The notes under the pieces are model-generated. The model was not told the origin of the DNA. It searched no databases and was given only the letters and a program-made list of their open reading frames with translations. From Squalus acanthias (taxonomy: Eukaryota), in the NCBI GenBank assembly GCA_030390025.1, contig CM059433.1, forward strand, positions 23,376,001 to 23,440,000: a DNA stretch of 64,000 bases. Direction: 5' to 3'. Positions 1-12,391 of the stretch are shown one piece after another (the stretch's first letter is position 1; each line of letters opens with the position of its first letter). The translations under genes and the position numbers were made by a program.

Positions 1-529
1 CACTACATAAGTTAATGTAAGACATAAATTTAGATGATTGTTCTTGTTAAGACTAGGTTAACAGAAAAATAAATCTGTAAAGGTAACAGCAGCAGGGACA
101 AAACATATCTCAGTAAAGAATGCCGTAGCTTTTACCACTTTAGCAGCATAAAACACTAATAAAACTACTTCAGCTTGACGTCAGTGAGAAAAATGTCGAT
201 TGGACTAAAGTTGATATTCGAATAACTTTCTGCATTTCTGCCAATGAAGGCATAACGTTTGAGACTGGAAATCAACGTTGTTTCTACCAGTAGTGAATTT
301 CACAGTGGTTTGAATAAATAAAAATTATACTGCTGCTCGCCAATCAAATGGAGAAACATAAGAGATAATATGACAGGTGGCAAACTGAAGTATTCCGCAG
401 TCTGACTAAGAAGCCAACCTGCATAATTGACAACCAACTTGCATACTTCAGTGCACATACGCAATGCCTCTAAACCCGAGTGAAACCAGTCAGCACACTA
501 TCAGTACCCCTCTGGTCCCATTGTTTATG

Positions 530-750
530 AAAGAAAGAAAGACTTGCATTTCTATAGCGCCTTTCACGACCACCGGATGTCCCAAGGTGCTTTACAGCCA
601 ATGAAGTACTTTTTGAAGTGTAGTCACTGTTGTAATGTAGGAAATGCGGCAGCCAATTTGCACACAGCGAGGTCCCACAAACAGCAATGTGATACTGACC
701 AGATAATCTGTTTTGGTGATGTTATTCGAGGAATAAATATTGGCCAGATA
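530..750 (-). mobile_element. SacSINE1/DeuSINE-like SINE, 3' fragment
   Basis: Matches the L2-derived 3' tail of the copy at 33213-33658 (GACTTGCATTT..TAGCGCCTTTCACGAC..CAGCCAATGAAGTAC..AATATTGGCCAG). Confidence 0.8.
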
Positions 751-833
751 TGAACATATAGCATGGCTAATGCTCAGTCAGAAATGGGAGGATTGAAGTG
801 CAATTCTGCTCTCTATGTTTTTGAAGTGCATTC

Positions 834-1548
834 TGTTGGGTAATTACAAACTAATCACTTATCCGGACCCCTAAAACTAGCTCGAGGACTAGGACACACT
901 GACATGTCTGATTAATACTTTTCATTTACATGACACAACCCATTACATGCAGTGCCCATGAGACTGGCACCGATAGTAACTCACATGCAATGGACTCATC
1001 AGGAAACCGCATGCTTGTTATCCTAACTGCTCATGCTAGCCTCAGCAAGACTAGGTCGAAGTCCCTATGGAGCTCTGGTGTGTTGTATCTTTTATAGGGA
1101 TAATCACGTCCTCCTAATATGATGCCATTACATCAACACTTTCGATCTATGTCTAGGTAATACGTGACTGCGTTAGCCTACTATGTCACCATGTTGATTC
1201 AATATATAATTTCCTTTTAATGCATCTGCACAATGTCATCTATCTCTTGTCCATTGTTCCCTTCATGGCCTGTCCTTCACTTTCTTAATGTTTTGCTGAT
1301 ACATCTCTATTCATTCTTTGTATCTCATATGGTCTCCTGAGCATCTGGTCTTATGCCTAATACATTCCTTGTCTGTTCTTACAGACTGTCAATGATTTAA
1401 TGTCTGTCACCAGCCTCTAACCTCATCCTGTGTGTAACCTCTTAAAACTACTTACTCTGCAGATTTAGTTTAATTTGTATAAGTGTTTTAATGTTAGGTC
1501 ATTAGAATTTTTAGTTTTTTTTCTATTTGGCCTACCTATCATAAAACA
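834..1548 (-). mobile_element. possible solo LTR (weak)
   Basis: TGTT...AACA ends, only a 3-bp flank match (TTC), and a minus-strand TATA-like CCCTATAAAA near 1090. Single copy; boundaries uncertain. Confidence 0.3.
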
Positions 1549-1594
1549 TTCAAGGACAATGTGTTCTTTTTATGTTTGGACTTTTGTAGGATCC

Positions 1595-1832
1595 TCTTCT
1601 TCTTCTTAGGCAGGCCCTCGGAACCGAGGATGACTTGCTTCCACACTAAAAATGAGTTCTCAGGTGACTAATGAGTCCAATGCGGGACCTACAGTCTCTG
1701 TCACAGGTGGGGCAGACGACGGTTGAAGGGGCGGGTGGGTGGGGTGCTTGGGTTGATGTGCGCTCCTTCCGCTGTTTGCGCTTGGCTTCCGCTTGCTCCC
1801 GGCGAAGAGATTCGAGGTGTTTGGCGCCTTCC
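1595..1832 (-). mobile_element. RTE-clade LINE, 3' end fragment
   Basis: Encodes the C-terminal CPTCDRDCRSRIGLISHLRTHF zinc finger and has an (AAG)n tail; near-identical to copies at 25668 and 59119. Confidence 0.9.
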
Positions 1833-2052
1833 TGGTGTGGTGTCATCTTCCCAGACTTTTCTTCTGTTGGTTTTGCTTTGTTCCGTGCATGTTGGGTGAT
1901 AGACTACAGCGCCACTCTTCCACATCTATTTCCCTTGTCTTTACCCTAGTGATTGGGGATGATGCTGAGCATTCCTTTAGAGCATTTGTCATTGAATATT
2001 AAAGTAGATGATTTCTTTGTGGAGACATGAAAGTAAGATTTGTGGACATATA

Positions 2053-2765
2053 GGGCTGGATTTTCATTGACCCGTGGAGGTGGGTTTGGAGGCGTGTGGG
2101 GGGTTAAAATTGTGAAAACTGGCAGGCGGGCACAAGCCCGCCTCCACGCAATTTTCATTAAATCGTGTCTGCTGGTTCTGACTCCGTCCCGCCTTTAAGA
2201 GGTGGGATAGGCTGTTAAGGCCCTTAACAAGCACTAAATTGGCTCTATAATGCCATTTTGAAAGGCCTTTGTGATTTTAACCCTTGATCTACGTGAAGCA
2301 CGCCTGTTCTGAACCACAATTGTGAAACCTGGCGGGAGCACATTTGGATAGCTGACTATCAGCTACAGGTCCACTATTACAACGGAGATGTGATGAAGGT
2401 AGTAGTAGTATTATTAGGTGTGAAAGTCGACTCTGATGCTGCTGCATTGAAGGTGTTCGGAGACTGCCTGGCCTTTGCTGTGAGAGGACGTGGATGCAAA
2501 ATTCTCTCTCTCTCTCTCATATCCAGGTCCTCTCACAGCAAAGGCCAGGCAGTCTCTGACCTTCAATGCAGCAGCAATGATGACATCATCAGAGGCAACT
2601 TTCAGACTGAAACCACTAATTGGTTTATGGGTTCCCACATGCTGGAACTCAATTGCCCCATTAGGTGAAAATTGCATCAATCTCCCACATCCAATTGCAG
2701 TCGGGTGGATAACACGAAAAGCGGATGACACGAACCCAACCCGCCCCAGTATCAAAAACCAGCCC
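2053..2765. mobile_element. Harbinger-type MITE family 1, copy 1
   Basis: TIR GGGCTGGATTTT...AAAAACCAGCCC, 3-bp TSD ATA/ATA; inverted second copy at 57101-57789. Confidence 0.85.
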
Positions 2766-2917
2766 ATAGTGTAGGGGTGGGGGATGGGGTGGGAGAGGGA
2801 CTAGCATGATGCTGCTGGGTTTAATGACCTGCTGCAGCTTAAAGAGGAAAGCATCCAGGAAAATGAATTGGAGGAATAGCAGAAAGGTTTACTAACAATA
2901 AAGTCAGGTCTGAAGAA

Positions 2918-3140
2918 GCACAGAGAGCTCCCAGGTTCACCCTTGCAGTTATGGAGGTGCTGCTGGATGAAGTCAGGCAGAGAATGGAGGGATTGTTTGG
3001 AACAAGGTGATACAGTCCCCAAAGGAGAGTTGCTGAGGGGCAGTGGTGGGAGATGGTAAGGGTAACCAGTGATTACACCAACACCTCATGTATGAAAAGT
3101 CAGCGGCAGAAAACATTTAGAGACCTTACCAGATCAGGCG
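2918..3140 (+). pseudogene. degenerate Harbinger Myb/SANT-like exon 1
   Basis: One frame reads AQRAPRFTLAVMEVLLDEVRQR..LF..*..QWWEM..QRQKTFRDLTR, paralleling APRFSEVALEALVQEV..WEQIA..QCRKKFNDLAR at 12230; one internal stop. Confidence 0.7.
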
Positions 3141-3544
3141 AGCTAAGAGGAGCCAGCTATATCTTCTGAGAATACATTGCACTAGCCCCGACTCCTCTTC
3201 CCGCTAGGTTGCCCTGGCAAGAAAGCCACAACAACTTGCCCACGCAGCCTCTGGTTTTAATAGCAGTTGGGCCCCGATGAAGTCATCAGAGCCTGATCTG
3301 AATATCTAAAGAAGGACCCCACCCATTTCCAGCAGGTGCCTTTCCCGCCTGCTCAGTAGAGTATGTTAAAATCAAAACCTGTAGAAAGTGGAGCTCGACC
3401 TCAATGAGTAAGTCCTATGGATGATTCTGGATTAAAAATCGCCTTTTCCTGTCACAAACTGTATCATGAAACCATCATGTCACTGCTGCTGCTCGTGTTA
3501 CATGTTAACTCTGCTTGTCAGCAATCCATTCTGACCTTTTTAGA

Positions 3545-6500
3545 ACAACAACAAAATAACTTGCATTTATATAGCACCTCTAATGTGGATAAATATCCAA
3601 AGGTACCTCACAGAGGCACAGTCAGACAAAAGTGGATGCCAAGCCAAAAAGGAGATATTAGGTGCGGGGGATCAAACCTTGATCAAAGAGATGAGTATTA
3701 AAGGAGGAGAGGGAGGTGGAAAGGGCTATGTGTTTAAGGAGGGTATTCTAGGACATGGGTCTAGATGGCTGAAAGCACGGCCGCCAGTGGTTGGACAAAG
3801 GGTGGGGGGAGGGGGAGACAATAAACAAAAGGCCAGAGTCAGAAGAATGGGGAGTTCTGTGGGGATGGTGTTTACAGGGCTGGAAGAGCCTACAGAGATA
3901 CGGAGGGGTAAAGGGATTGAAATACAAGGAGGAGAATTTTAAATTGAAGGCTCTTGAATGGAGCCAATGTAGATCAACAGGGGAAGGGGTGATGGGTGAG
4001 CGAGACTTGATGCAGGATAGGCTACTGGCAGCAGTGTGTTGAATGAGCTGAAGTTTACGGAGCAGGGAGGATGGGAGAGCAGCCAGGAGAGCATTGGAAT
4101 AGTCGTCTGGAGGTGATAAAGGCATGGATGAGAGTTTCAGCAGCAGAATGGCTGAGGTATGTGCAATGTTCCAGAGGAAGAATTAGGTGGTCTTTATGAT
4201 GTAGAATATATGGGGTTGGAAGACCAGCTCAGGGTTGAATAGGATGCCAAGGCTGAGAATAGACTGGACTAACCTCAGACAGTGGCCAGGGAAGGGGCAT
4301 GATATCAATGGTAAGAATACAGAATTTGTGGTGGGGGCCAAAAGTGATGGCTTCAGTCTGTCCAATGTTTAACTGGAGGAAATTATGGCTCATTCAAGAC
4401 TGGATGTTAGACAACACAGAGGCAGTAGAGGGGTCAAGAAAGGTGGTGGAGAGGTAGAGCTGGGTGTCATCAGCGTACATGTGGAACCTGGTGTCACATC
4501 TTCAGATACTGTTGCCAAGGGGAAACATATAGATGAGGAAGAGGAGAGGGCCAAGGATAGAGCCTTGGGGGGCACCAGAGGTAAAGTTGTGGAAGTGAGA
4601 AGGGAAGCCATTTCTAGAGATGCTCTGGCTGTGATCTGATAAGTAAGAGTGGAACCAAGCAAGGGCATTCCCACTGAGCTGGACAATGGAGGAGAGTCCT
4701 TGGAGAAGGATAGTGTGGTGGACTATATCAAAGGCTGACGAGAGGTTGAGGAAAATGAAGAGGGATAATACAACATGGTCACAGTCACAGAGAATGTCAT
4801 TTCTGACTGTAATTAGAACCGTTTCAGTACTGTGGCCGGGACAGAAACCTAATTAGAGAGATTCACTTATGGAGTTGTGGTGTAAAGTTTCGCAATTATC
4901 GCGATTCAAAATAACGAGATAGAAGCAGATTCGTTTGATCAGTTTATTTAAACGAAATGCTGTCATGATTAAACAGGACACAGAAGCCTGTAAAATGGCC
5001 GCCGCGCATCGTGGCAGAAACTTCCAGAAATACAGTGGGCAGACAAGATGGCGTTCGAATAAACATTTCAGTATAAGATTGGATCATACTCGGCAAACAT
5101 TGATAAAGACAGGATGCAACCCGTTTGCATTCGAAACAATAGCAAAGATATAAGTGCTGGAATTGTTTTCCATGCACAAGTAAGGCCCATTGTACTGGGC
5201 AATCGAAGGCCCATCCAGACACAGCAATACACATATACCCCCACGGCTCTACAATGAGAGAGCCATTCACGGGTGATTAAGTCAGTATTCGAGGAGGCCC
5301 CAAAACCAGTCAGGGAGACTCCTAGCCGGTTCAACAATGGGAAAAACATTAACGGGTAGTTGGCCAGTTTCAGGTGCCACCGAAACCCGTTAAAGGAAAG
5401 AATCGCCCCATGCTGGGAGTTTTGTGCACCAGTATTACACAAAGGACAAACATTAAGATTTGCGCGGGAGATAAGGGGACACAGGACTATAACTATAGTG
5501 AACAAATGTCCATCGGTCTCTTATGACTCTTATCTCGCTGCTGACTGCTGAACTCTTATTCTCTTATCCTGATCCTCGGGTGTCGCTCTGCTGGACGAGC
5601 AGCCTTCTGTGTTTCTCTGGACTTTGTTGACTCTTAGCCGCACTGGTCGGTCATTCGAATGTTGAGTGGAGCTCAAACGGAACGAGCCGCCTCGACAAGG
5701 GCAAGTGGCCGGGTGCACCATCCCGAGGGTCGGTAAACGGTGTCTGGACCCGAAGGCCCGAAGAGACAAGACGAAACGAGACGAGAAGAAGAAGAATCCA
5801 CGTGCCGCCACGGTCAGTAAACCCCGACCGCGCCCGAAAATATAAAGACCATTTTTGAACTCTAACCGGTCAAAGACTCTTCTTTGAATTCTACCGGTAA
5901 CCGGTGTCGGTCCAGGAAGACTTTTCTTTGAGTTCTACAGCCGGGCCCGAGTCCTGTCGAGATCTTCATGACAACGGGGAGCCTAGCCTGCTTGCCGCAG
6001 CAGCGAAGATAAACAAGTGGGGTACAGAGACTCCTCCAAACACGTGACAGTCAGGTGCTGCAGCGAAACGAGCCGAGTGCCTTACTTTAAAATTCTCCGA
6101 AGTATCACGAGTGGTGAGCATGTTTTCCCGATCCTACAAATCTAGACGTAGTGTAGGTATTATTAGGAGAGGGTGGTTTTATTAAGGATAAAGTATAATG
6201 TGTTCCCCTTTTTACGATGTGCCGTGCGTTCTTCATTACCATAGACCAAGCTTTATGAATGTATGTATACTTGTACTCTCGTTAATTTGTGCCTATGACA
6301 TGTACTTCATGATTTTGGACGCTATGCAATAAAGATTTCCATTTCGTACTATTCAACCGGGTCTATTTGAGTTTTTCTCTGCATTACTGCTCTCGCACCT
6401 AAGTCCAGTGTTAGAACCATAAGGGCGAGTGGGTCGAACCACTCACAGGTGCTTATTGCAACAAGGCTGGCCGGAGACCAGAGCAAGCAATAGTATTAGG

Positions 6501-7431
6501 CAACGAAGGCCTAACCTCGCACCAGCACCGTCTGCGATACAAGCACGACACAGAACCCCTTACAGTGGGAAATTGGGCACAGATTTGGGAGGCGACAACA
6601 CATTCAAGGACCTTGGAGAGGAAAAGCAAATTGGAGATAAGGTTTGCAAGTATGAAGGGGTCAACCGTAAGTTTTTGGAGGAGGTGGATAATGACAACTG
6701 GTTTGAAAGGGAGGGGAACAGTACCTGAGGAGAGGGAACTGTTTATAATGTCAGCTAGCATAGGGGAAAGCAAGGGAAGTTGGGTGGTCAGCAGTTTCGT
6801 GAGAATGGGATCAAAGGAGCAGGAGATGGTTCTCATGGACAAGATGAGCTTGTAGAGGGCATAAGGGGAGATAGGAGATAAACTAGAGAAAGACATGAGT
6901 TCAGGGCTGGGGCCATGCCTAAAGAGAGGTTTGGTTTGGTCATCAAAAGGAAGATAGGGAAGCAGAAGAGGCAGCCGTACAAATTGTCTCCATCTTAATG
7001 ACAAAGAAGTCCAAGAGCTCCTCACACTTATTGTTGGGGGTGAGGGTGGAGGGTGAAGTGGAGAGGGGTTTAAGGAGACACTTGGTAGTGGACGTTATCT
7101 CTGATCTCCAGGATAATCCTGGCGTAATGGACGATTTGGGCCGAGGAGAGTGAGGCCTGCCAGCACTTGATGTGGTCCAGCCAGTTCTGGTGCTGGATGG
7201 CTAAACCAGTTGTGTACCAGATAGGCTCAAGTCTGCACTTTTTAGACTTGATGTAGTGAAGTTGGGGTCCATACCAGGAAGAATGACCAGCATAGGGATA
7301 GCAAAGGTTTTACTAGGGACAAGGGCATTAAAGGTGGAGGTGAGGGTGTGATTGAGCAGATCGGTAGCTGCAAAAGTATTGAGCCAAAGGCTAAGGAGTT
7401 GGCAATTTAAAAGTACATTCTCAACTGACTC
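3545..7431 (-). mobile_element. L2 LINE, 5'-truncated and degenerate, interrupted by the LTR at 4881-6564
   Basis: L2 ORF2 motifs (DPILTKLL..LADIINSSLSSGTVP..ISNLLFLSKVLE; KLQLIQ..KSRSPITP..DLHWL) and an L2-type 3' tail GCTATATAAATGCAAGTT. Confidence 0.9.
4881..6564 (+). mobile_element. solo LTR, family A copy 1
   Basis: TGTAA...TTACA termini, exact 4-bp TSD GTGG, YY1-like AAAATGGC/CAAGATGGCG near the 5' end, TATA-like motif ~5487, AATAAA 6328; homologous copies at 23071 and 27403. Confidence 0.85.
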
Positions 7432-7434
7432 TAG

Positions 7435-7980
7435 GGGGGCGATTTTGTGGGCAGAAATTAGATGGCTGTTGCATTGGAGAATGCAGCAGCCATCTGTCAT
7501 CTCTGCCGGTGAGATGCGAGAGTCTCCGTATCCCCAACTGTTGAAGCCTGCAGGAAGAAACAAAGGTAAGTAAACATTTTCTATCACTTTTCACTCACCT
7601 CACACACTTACCACTCCACACTTGCACCCATCACTTACCTCCACAGCGCACTTTTGCACCCCTCCGACCCCCTGCAGACCCATTGCTCGCCTCGGTGACC
7701 CTGGCGGGGTTTCCTGATGTCGGGAAGCCTGCGCCTCTGCTGGAAAAATGGGGATAATCCTCTTAACTGCCTGTTAACTACCTGTTAACTGGCAGTTAAG
7801 TGGCTGTAATCCCCTTCCTGCCTCCAGGAGACGGGACCCGGCGCGGGTCGGCTACCCGCCTTCTGGGAAGATGGCACGGAGGCGGGTTGGGGGCGGGATG
7901 GGTACCCGCCCCCAGATTCTGTATTTTCCCGGCAGTCCCGCCTCTAAACCCGCCTCCCCAGGGCTGGCAAGATCACGCCC
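7435..7980. mobile_element. Harbinger-type MITE family 2
   Basis: GGGCGATTTTG...CAAGATCACGCCC termini, TSD TAG/TAG, GC-rich interior. Confidence 0.7.
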
Positions 7981-9606
7981 TAGGTGTGCAGAGGAAGCAG
8001 AACCAGATCCAAGAACTGTCACTCACTCACTCAGTCCCTCAGAAGCACCATTCCAGAGATCACCCACCTTGCGGAAATTAGAGAGTGAGCCAGAAGGACG
8101 TGCACTGAGTGACACACAGTACCAGGGAGCAGGAGAAGCTGGGCATGGGATATAAGGAGGAAGACAATACTGACCAAATGGCCAGGACATGTCGCTCCTT
8201 GGCTGAAGACCCTGGGGCTCCAGATTCCATGGGTTCTGCTTTTAAAAGAAGGTGTTTTTTGAGTTTTATGAAATTCTATTTGGGTTCATTGGTAACAACC
8301 ACTCCTGTAAGTGGATCTTGCATCCTCTCGGACCTGGAGTGTGCTTTCACCTGCCCAGTATGTTGATAAACTATATGAAGACCCAGAAAGCTCTTAGTTG
8401 GTTTACTGGGAGATATCACATGTCACCATATGATTTTATTTGTCTAACAAATCAACCAGGCTATAAATTAACAGGCAATTTATTTTCAATATTGAACAAG
8501 TAGGTGAACAGTACTCAGTACAAAACAGTGAATTTGTCAGTTTTACTGTCCTTCACTATATAGATATCCAAAAACAACAAAGTTGGCTTACTTGAGTCAT
8601 GTTTCAACATAACTAGATCCCTGAAAATGGTGCAGCACAACCCAATCACTGAGTCAAACTAGCTCAGACTCCCTGTTGGTTAGAGACTTATGTGGACTGA
8701 CTGCTGAGGGAAACCGACTTTTCGAAATATCATCCCATTTACTTTGGAAGTACACTGAACAAAGCCCACTGAAAAGGAATGAGATTTCCGGTAATTAAAT
8801 AATTATTTTCCTTGACAACCACATAGGATGTTTCTCCCCAACATAAAACTTTTGCCCAACTCGCATTGAAAATTCTAGAAATCAGGTACATGCCAATGTC
8901 TCTACATTCAATCGATATTAGCATATTAAAACCTCCCTTTTCACAGAAGTTGACCCAGGTGCATATAAATTGGCCTTTCACCTGTTACAAGTTGTTGTTG
9001 TTGTTGTTAGAATGAAACTGTGTGGCCGCGAAATTTGGCTCCGTAGCGCCTGTTTTTTCGGCGCTATGGGTGCCATTTAGGGTCCAAAATGGCGTCAGTC
9101 GCCGTACACACACACTTCTAGTGCCGGCTGCGCAGATGCCATTTTGGTGAGGTCGTTAACGCAGGCACTTGGAGCGTGTGCAGAGTAGGCAGCTCGTGAT
9201 GTCAATCAGCGTGTAGCGCTGATTTGACGCCAGTGCTGCTATTTTCAACCTCAACACTCCAGCTAATGCCCTCTCTTAAACTCGCACAGCTGAACATGCA
9301 TTCAGCAGCAGGAAGGACCCCCCACCAGAGCTATTTAAAGGGATCATCAACTGCTTACAGGTTAGTTGTTGATTCATTTTTATTGGCTCTTGGTGAGTTT
9401 GTAGAAGTGTTTGGTGGTTTGTTATCTTATTTGAAGTTGCCGAAGTCTCCAGGGAGTGGTGTGGTAGTTTACTTCAAGGCTTGTGCTCAGACCAGTTGCT
9501 CCCAGACACGGGTGCAGTAGTTTGTGTCCCCCTTGGCCTGCAGCATGACAGGGAGAATGAGCAGAGGTGACACAGAGCAGGACAAGCTGCTAGAAGAGGG
9601 AGGAGG

Positions 9607-10137
9607 ATGAGGAGGGGGAGAAGGGCTCTCAGCAAAATGCTATATCCGCCCAGGGTCTTCAGGGAGGAATTTTTCGACCTCAATCTCAGCGAGGAACAGT
9701 GTATGCGATGTTTCTTCTTCACTAAGGAGGTGCTCACTGAAATCTGCCACCTGTTGCTGCCACCATTGACTGCACACACATCGCTTTGCGGGCAGCATGG
9801 ATATAATGAAAGCTTTGCTTCCACATGGAATGTGATCAAGCAGAACATTGGGATGCTTAAACAATGCTTCCGCTGCCTGGATCGCTCTGGAGGAGCCCTG
9901 CAGTACTCGCCAGAGTGTGACTCAAGATTCATTGTGGTCTGTTGCATGCTGTACAACCTCGCCATCATGAGGGCACAGCCCTTGCCACCAGCTATACGGC
10001 AAAGAGTTGAAGAGGAAGAGGAGGAGGAAGAGGAGGATGAGGTAAAGGAGGAGGAGGAGGATGGGAGGAGGCAACTAACACAGCCCCTTTCTGGCTGGGC
10101 TGACCGTGATCAACTCATCTGTCTGCGGTACCAGTGA
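9607..10137 (+). pseudogene. Harbinger (HARBI1-like) transposase with internal in-frame deletion
   Basis: N-terminal YPPRVFRE..LSEEQC..FTKEV is joined directly to C-terminal YNES..LKQCFRCLDRSGGALQYSPE..CCMLYNLA and an acidic tail; the GAIDCTH and GDKGY motifs of copy 2 are missing. Confidence 0.9.
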
Positions 10138-10303
10138 ATACAACCCCGATTCCCCATTCACCAACAGTCCCAAAACCATAACTTCCCTCTGTTACTGACC
10201 ATCACAGTGTCCTCTTGGCCACAAGGCTACAATAAAAGCCATGACTAAACAAACATTTCAAACCAAATTTATAAGTCAAACCATCCAATATTACATACCA
10301 AAG

Positions 10304-12230
10304 TTAACTAATCACCCTTATGCAATCCCTTAGTGCCTGTCTTCTGTGTGCCTTTGCCTGTCCAAGTGCTCCTTCTGCATGGCTGCTGGAAGGCTGCTGA
10401 CTTTCAGTGGGGGAGGCTGCAGATGGCCTTGCAGGACGACCTCGAGCAGCTCTGGGCCTAGAAGGCCCGGCTTCGCACTGCACCATCTCGGCATGGGCGG
10501 CAGCAGTCTGGGCTGGCTGGCTGACAGGCGACAGCAAGGGCACTGGCGGAGTGGCAGAGGTGGGAGGGTGAATGCCGTCTTCCTGAGAGAGGACAGCAGG
10601 TTCATTCTCCACGGAGCCAGTCCCACTCCCCCAGGGCGGCGCCTCAGCTATCCTAGTAATCTGTTGAAGGACAGATTGCTAGACTGCTGTGACACCATGC
10701 AAGCCCCCTTTCAGCACTGGTAATTGCAGCCACAATGGCAGTAGTCTGAACTTACATGGCAGCAAGCTGAGCTTCCATGACAGAAGTCTGAGCTTCCACT
10801 GCAGCACTCAGACGTTGGGTGGCTTCTGTTTGTGCTGCAATGGAAGCTGAGACATCGGCCACCAGACGCTGCATGATGGTTGGGTCGACAAGTGCGTTAA
10901 TGGAGTTGGCCATCACTTCCATGCTGGAAAGGATGGGCTCCAAGCTGTGCGCAAAGCCCTGTGCAAGTTTGGTACCGGAGTCCTCCATGTTCCTTGACAT
11001 TGCGCGCAGGCTTTCTGGCAAGCCTGCCACTGCACTAAGCATTTCATCGAGCATACCCATCAGCCTTCTTCTGTAGTTCGCCCCATCGAAGTGCTCATCC
11101 GAGTCCTGTGCAGCAGAACTCGTGTGCGACCTCGTCCTCCAGGGAGCAGCACCTGCGCTACCTTTGCCCCATGCCCTAGCTGCAGGCCATTCGTGCCCGG
11201 TGTCTCACCACATGCAGATCCCGCGTCTAACCTATCCTCTAAAGTATGTGGAGTGTCAGTATCTGAGCTGGTGGCTGCGAGCGTGAAATCGAGTGACAGT
11301 GCTGTGTCTTCAGCATCGCTGCCTTCTTCCTCTTCCAGTTCTTGCTCCTCCAACACTGCCTGGCCAGGTTGCAGTTCTTGGCTATCTGAAAGGAGAAAGG
11401 CACAAGGGTAGGGTTGCAGTGAGGGGAGGGGGGGAAAGCAAGAGGTGCGAGCTTACACCATCTGCAGCTGGTAAAGCAGAAGAGATTGTGGGATGAGGGG
11501 GAAGTGAGATGTGTGAAGGAGGATTAGGTATGAGGATACCGTCATCTTCAACTGTTTCAGCACCACCGCTGGCCACGGCCTCTGCAATGGCAGCTCCAAT
11601 AATCTCCAGCACCATCTCCTCCATGGGGTTATGTCATGCAGGCGCACCTGTCCCCCACTGGTTAGCTCCTGCTGCCTCCGGTTATGAGCCACCTTGCCCT
11701 GCAAGGGAGGGAAATGTGTCAGTGAGTGTGTCATTGAGTGTGTCAGTGAGTGTGCTGCAATGTGTTTAGATGATGTGGCTGTCGTGGTTGAATAGCTGGC
11801 AATGTGTCTCAGCTGTGAGATGTGGGTGTGAAGCTTAAAGCAGTGCTAAGTGTGTGAGGGTGAGTTAAAGCTATGAATGTGAGGGATGAGTCATGATTGA
11901 TAGAGATTGTTGGTAGGTGAGTGAAGGGGGGCTGGTGAATTGAGCAGTGTCTGAGGTAAGTGGTTCAGTTGTAAGGATATGGCATTTGAAGATGAATTCA
12001 CTGACCTTGACCACTCGTGCAAGGTCATTAAACTTCTTACGGCACTGCAGCCAGGTCCTCGGATTGACCGCGATGGCTATCTGCTCCCATTGCCTTCTCA
12101 CAGTTTGTCTGAAGGGCCTCCTGGCTGCCTGTGGATAAAGGACCTCTCTCCTCCTGTCCACCTCCTGCACCAAGGCCTCCAGTGCGACTTCGGAAAATCT
12201 TGGAGCCTGCTCTCTCCCCTGTTGTGCCAT
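10304..12230 (-). pseudogene. Harbinger Myb/SANT-like DNA-binding gene (3 exons: 12230-12006, 11698-11540, 11385-~10304), frameshifted
   Basis: Myb/SANT-like domain MAQQGREQAPRFSEVALEALV..WEQIA..QCRKKFNDL; GT/AG junctions at the same positions as in copy 2; helical, low-complexity exon 3. Confidence 0.85.
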
Positions 12231-12304
12231 TAGTACGTCTTCTTTCTGCTCAGAATATCTTCCCCAGCAACTTCCAGCATGTGCTGAAGCCAGAATGCAC
12301 CTCC

Positions 12305-12391
12305 CTTTAAGAGGTGCAGGCTGGCTTTAAGAGGTGCAGGCTGGCTTTAAGAGGTGCAGGCTGGCTTTAAGTAGTGCAGGCAGCCTTTAAG
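12305..12391. repeat. 20-bp tandem repeat (CTTTAAGAGGTGCAGGCTGG, ~4 units)
   Basis: Three perfect units plus one diverged unit, just upstream of the Myb ATG. Confidence 0.95.

Noticed and set aside
6395..6452. Known self-cleaving ribozyme (hammerhead, HDV, pistol, twister) in the LTR U5 module
   Set aside because: I could not find the required catalytic consensus (e.g. CUGANGA/GAAA) by eye; an Infernal search would be needed to exclude it.
9607..10137. Host HARBI1 or NAIF1/MSANTD genes
   Set aside because: Two degenerate copies in transposon configuration with stops, frameshifts and deletions, so no gene symbol was assigned.
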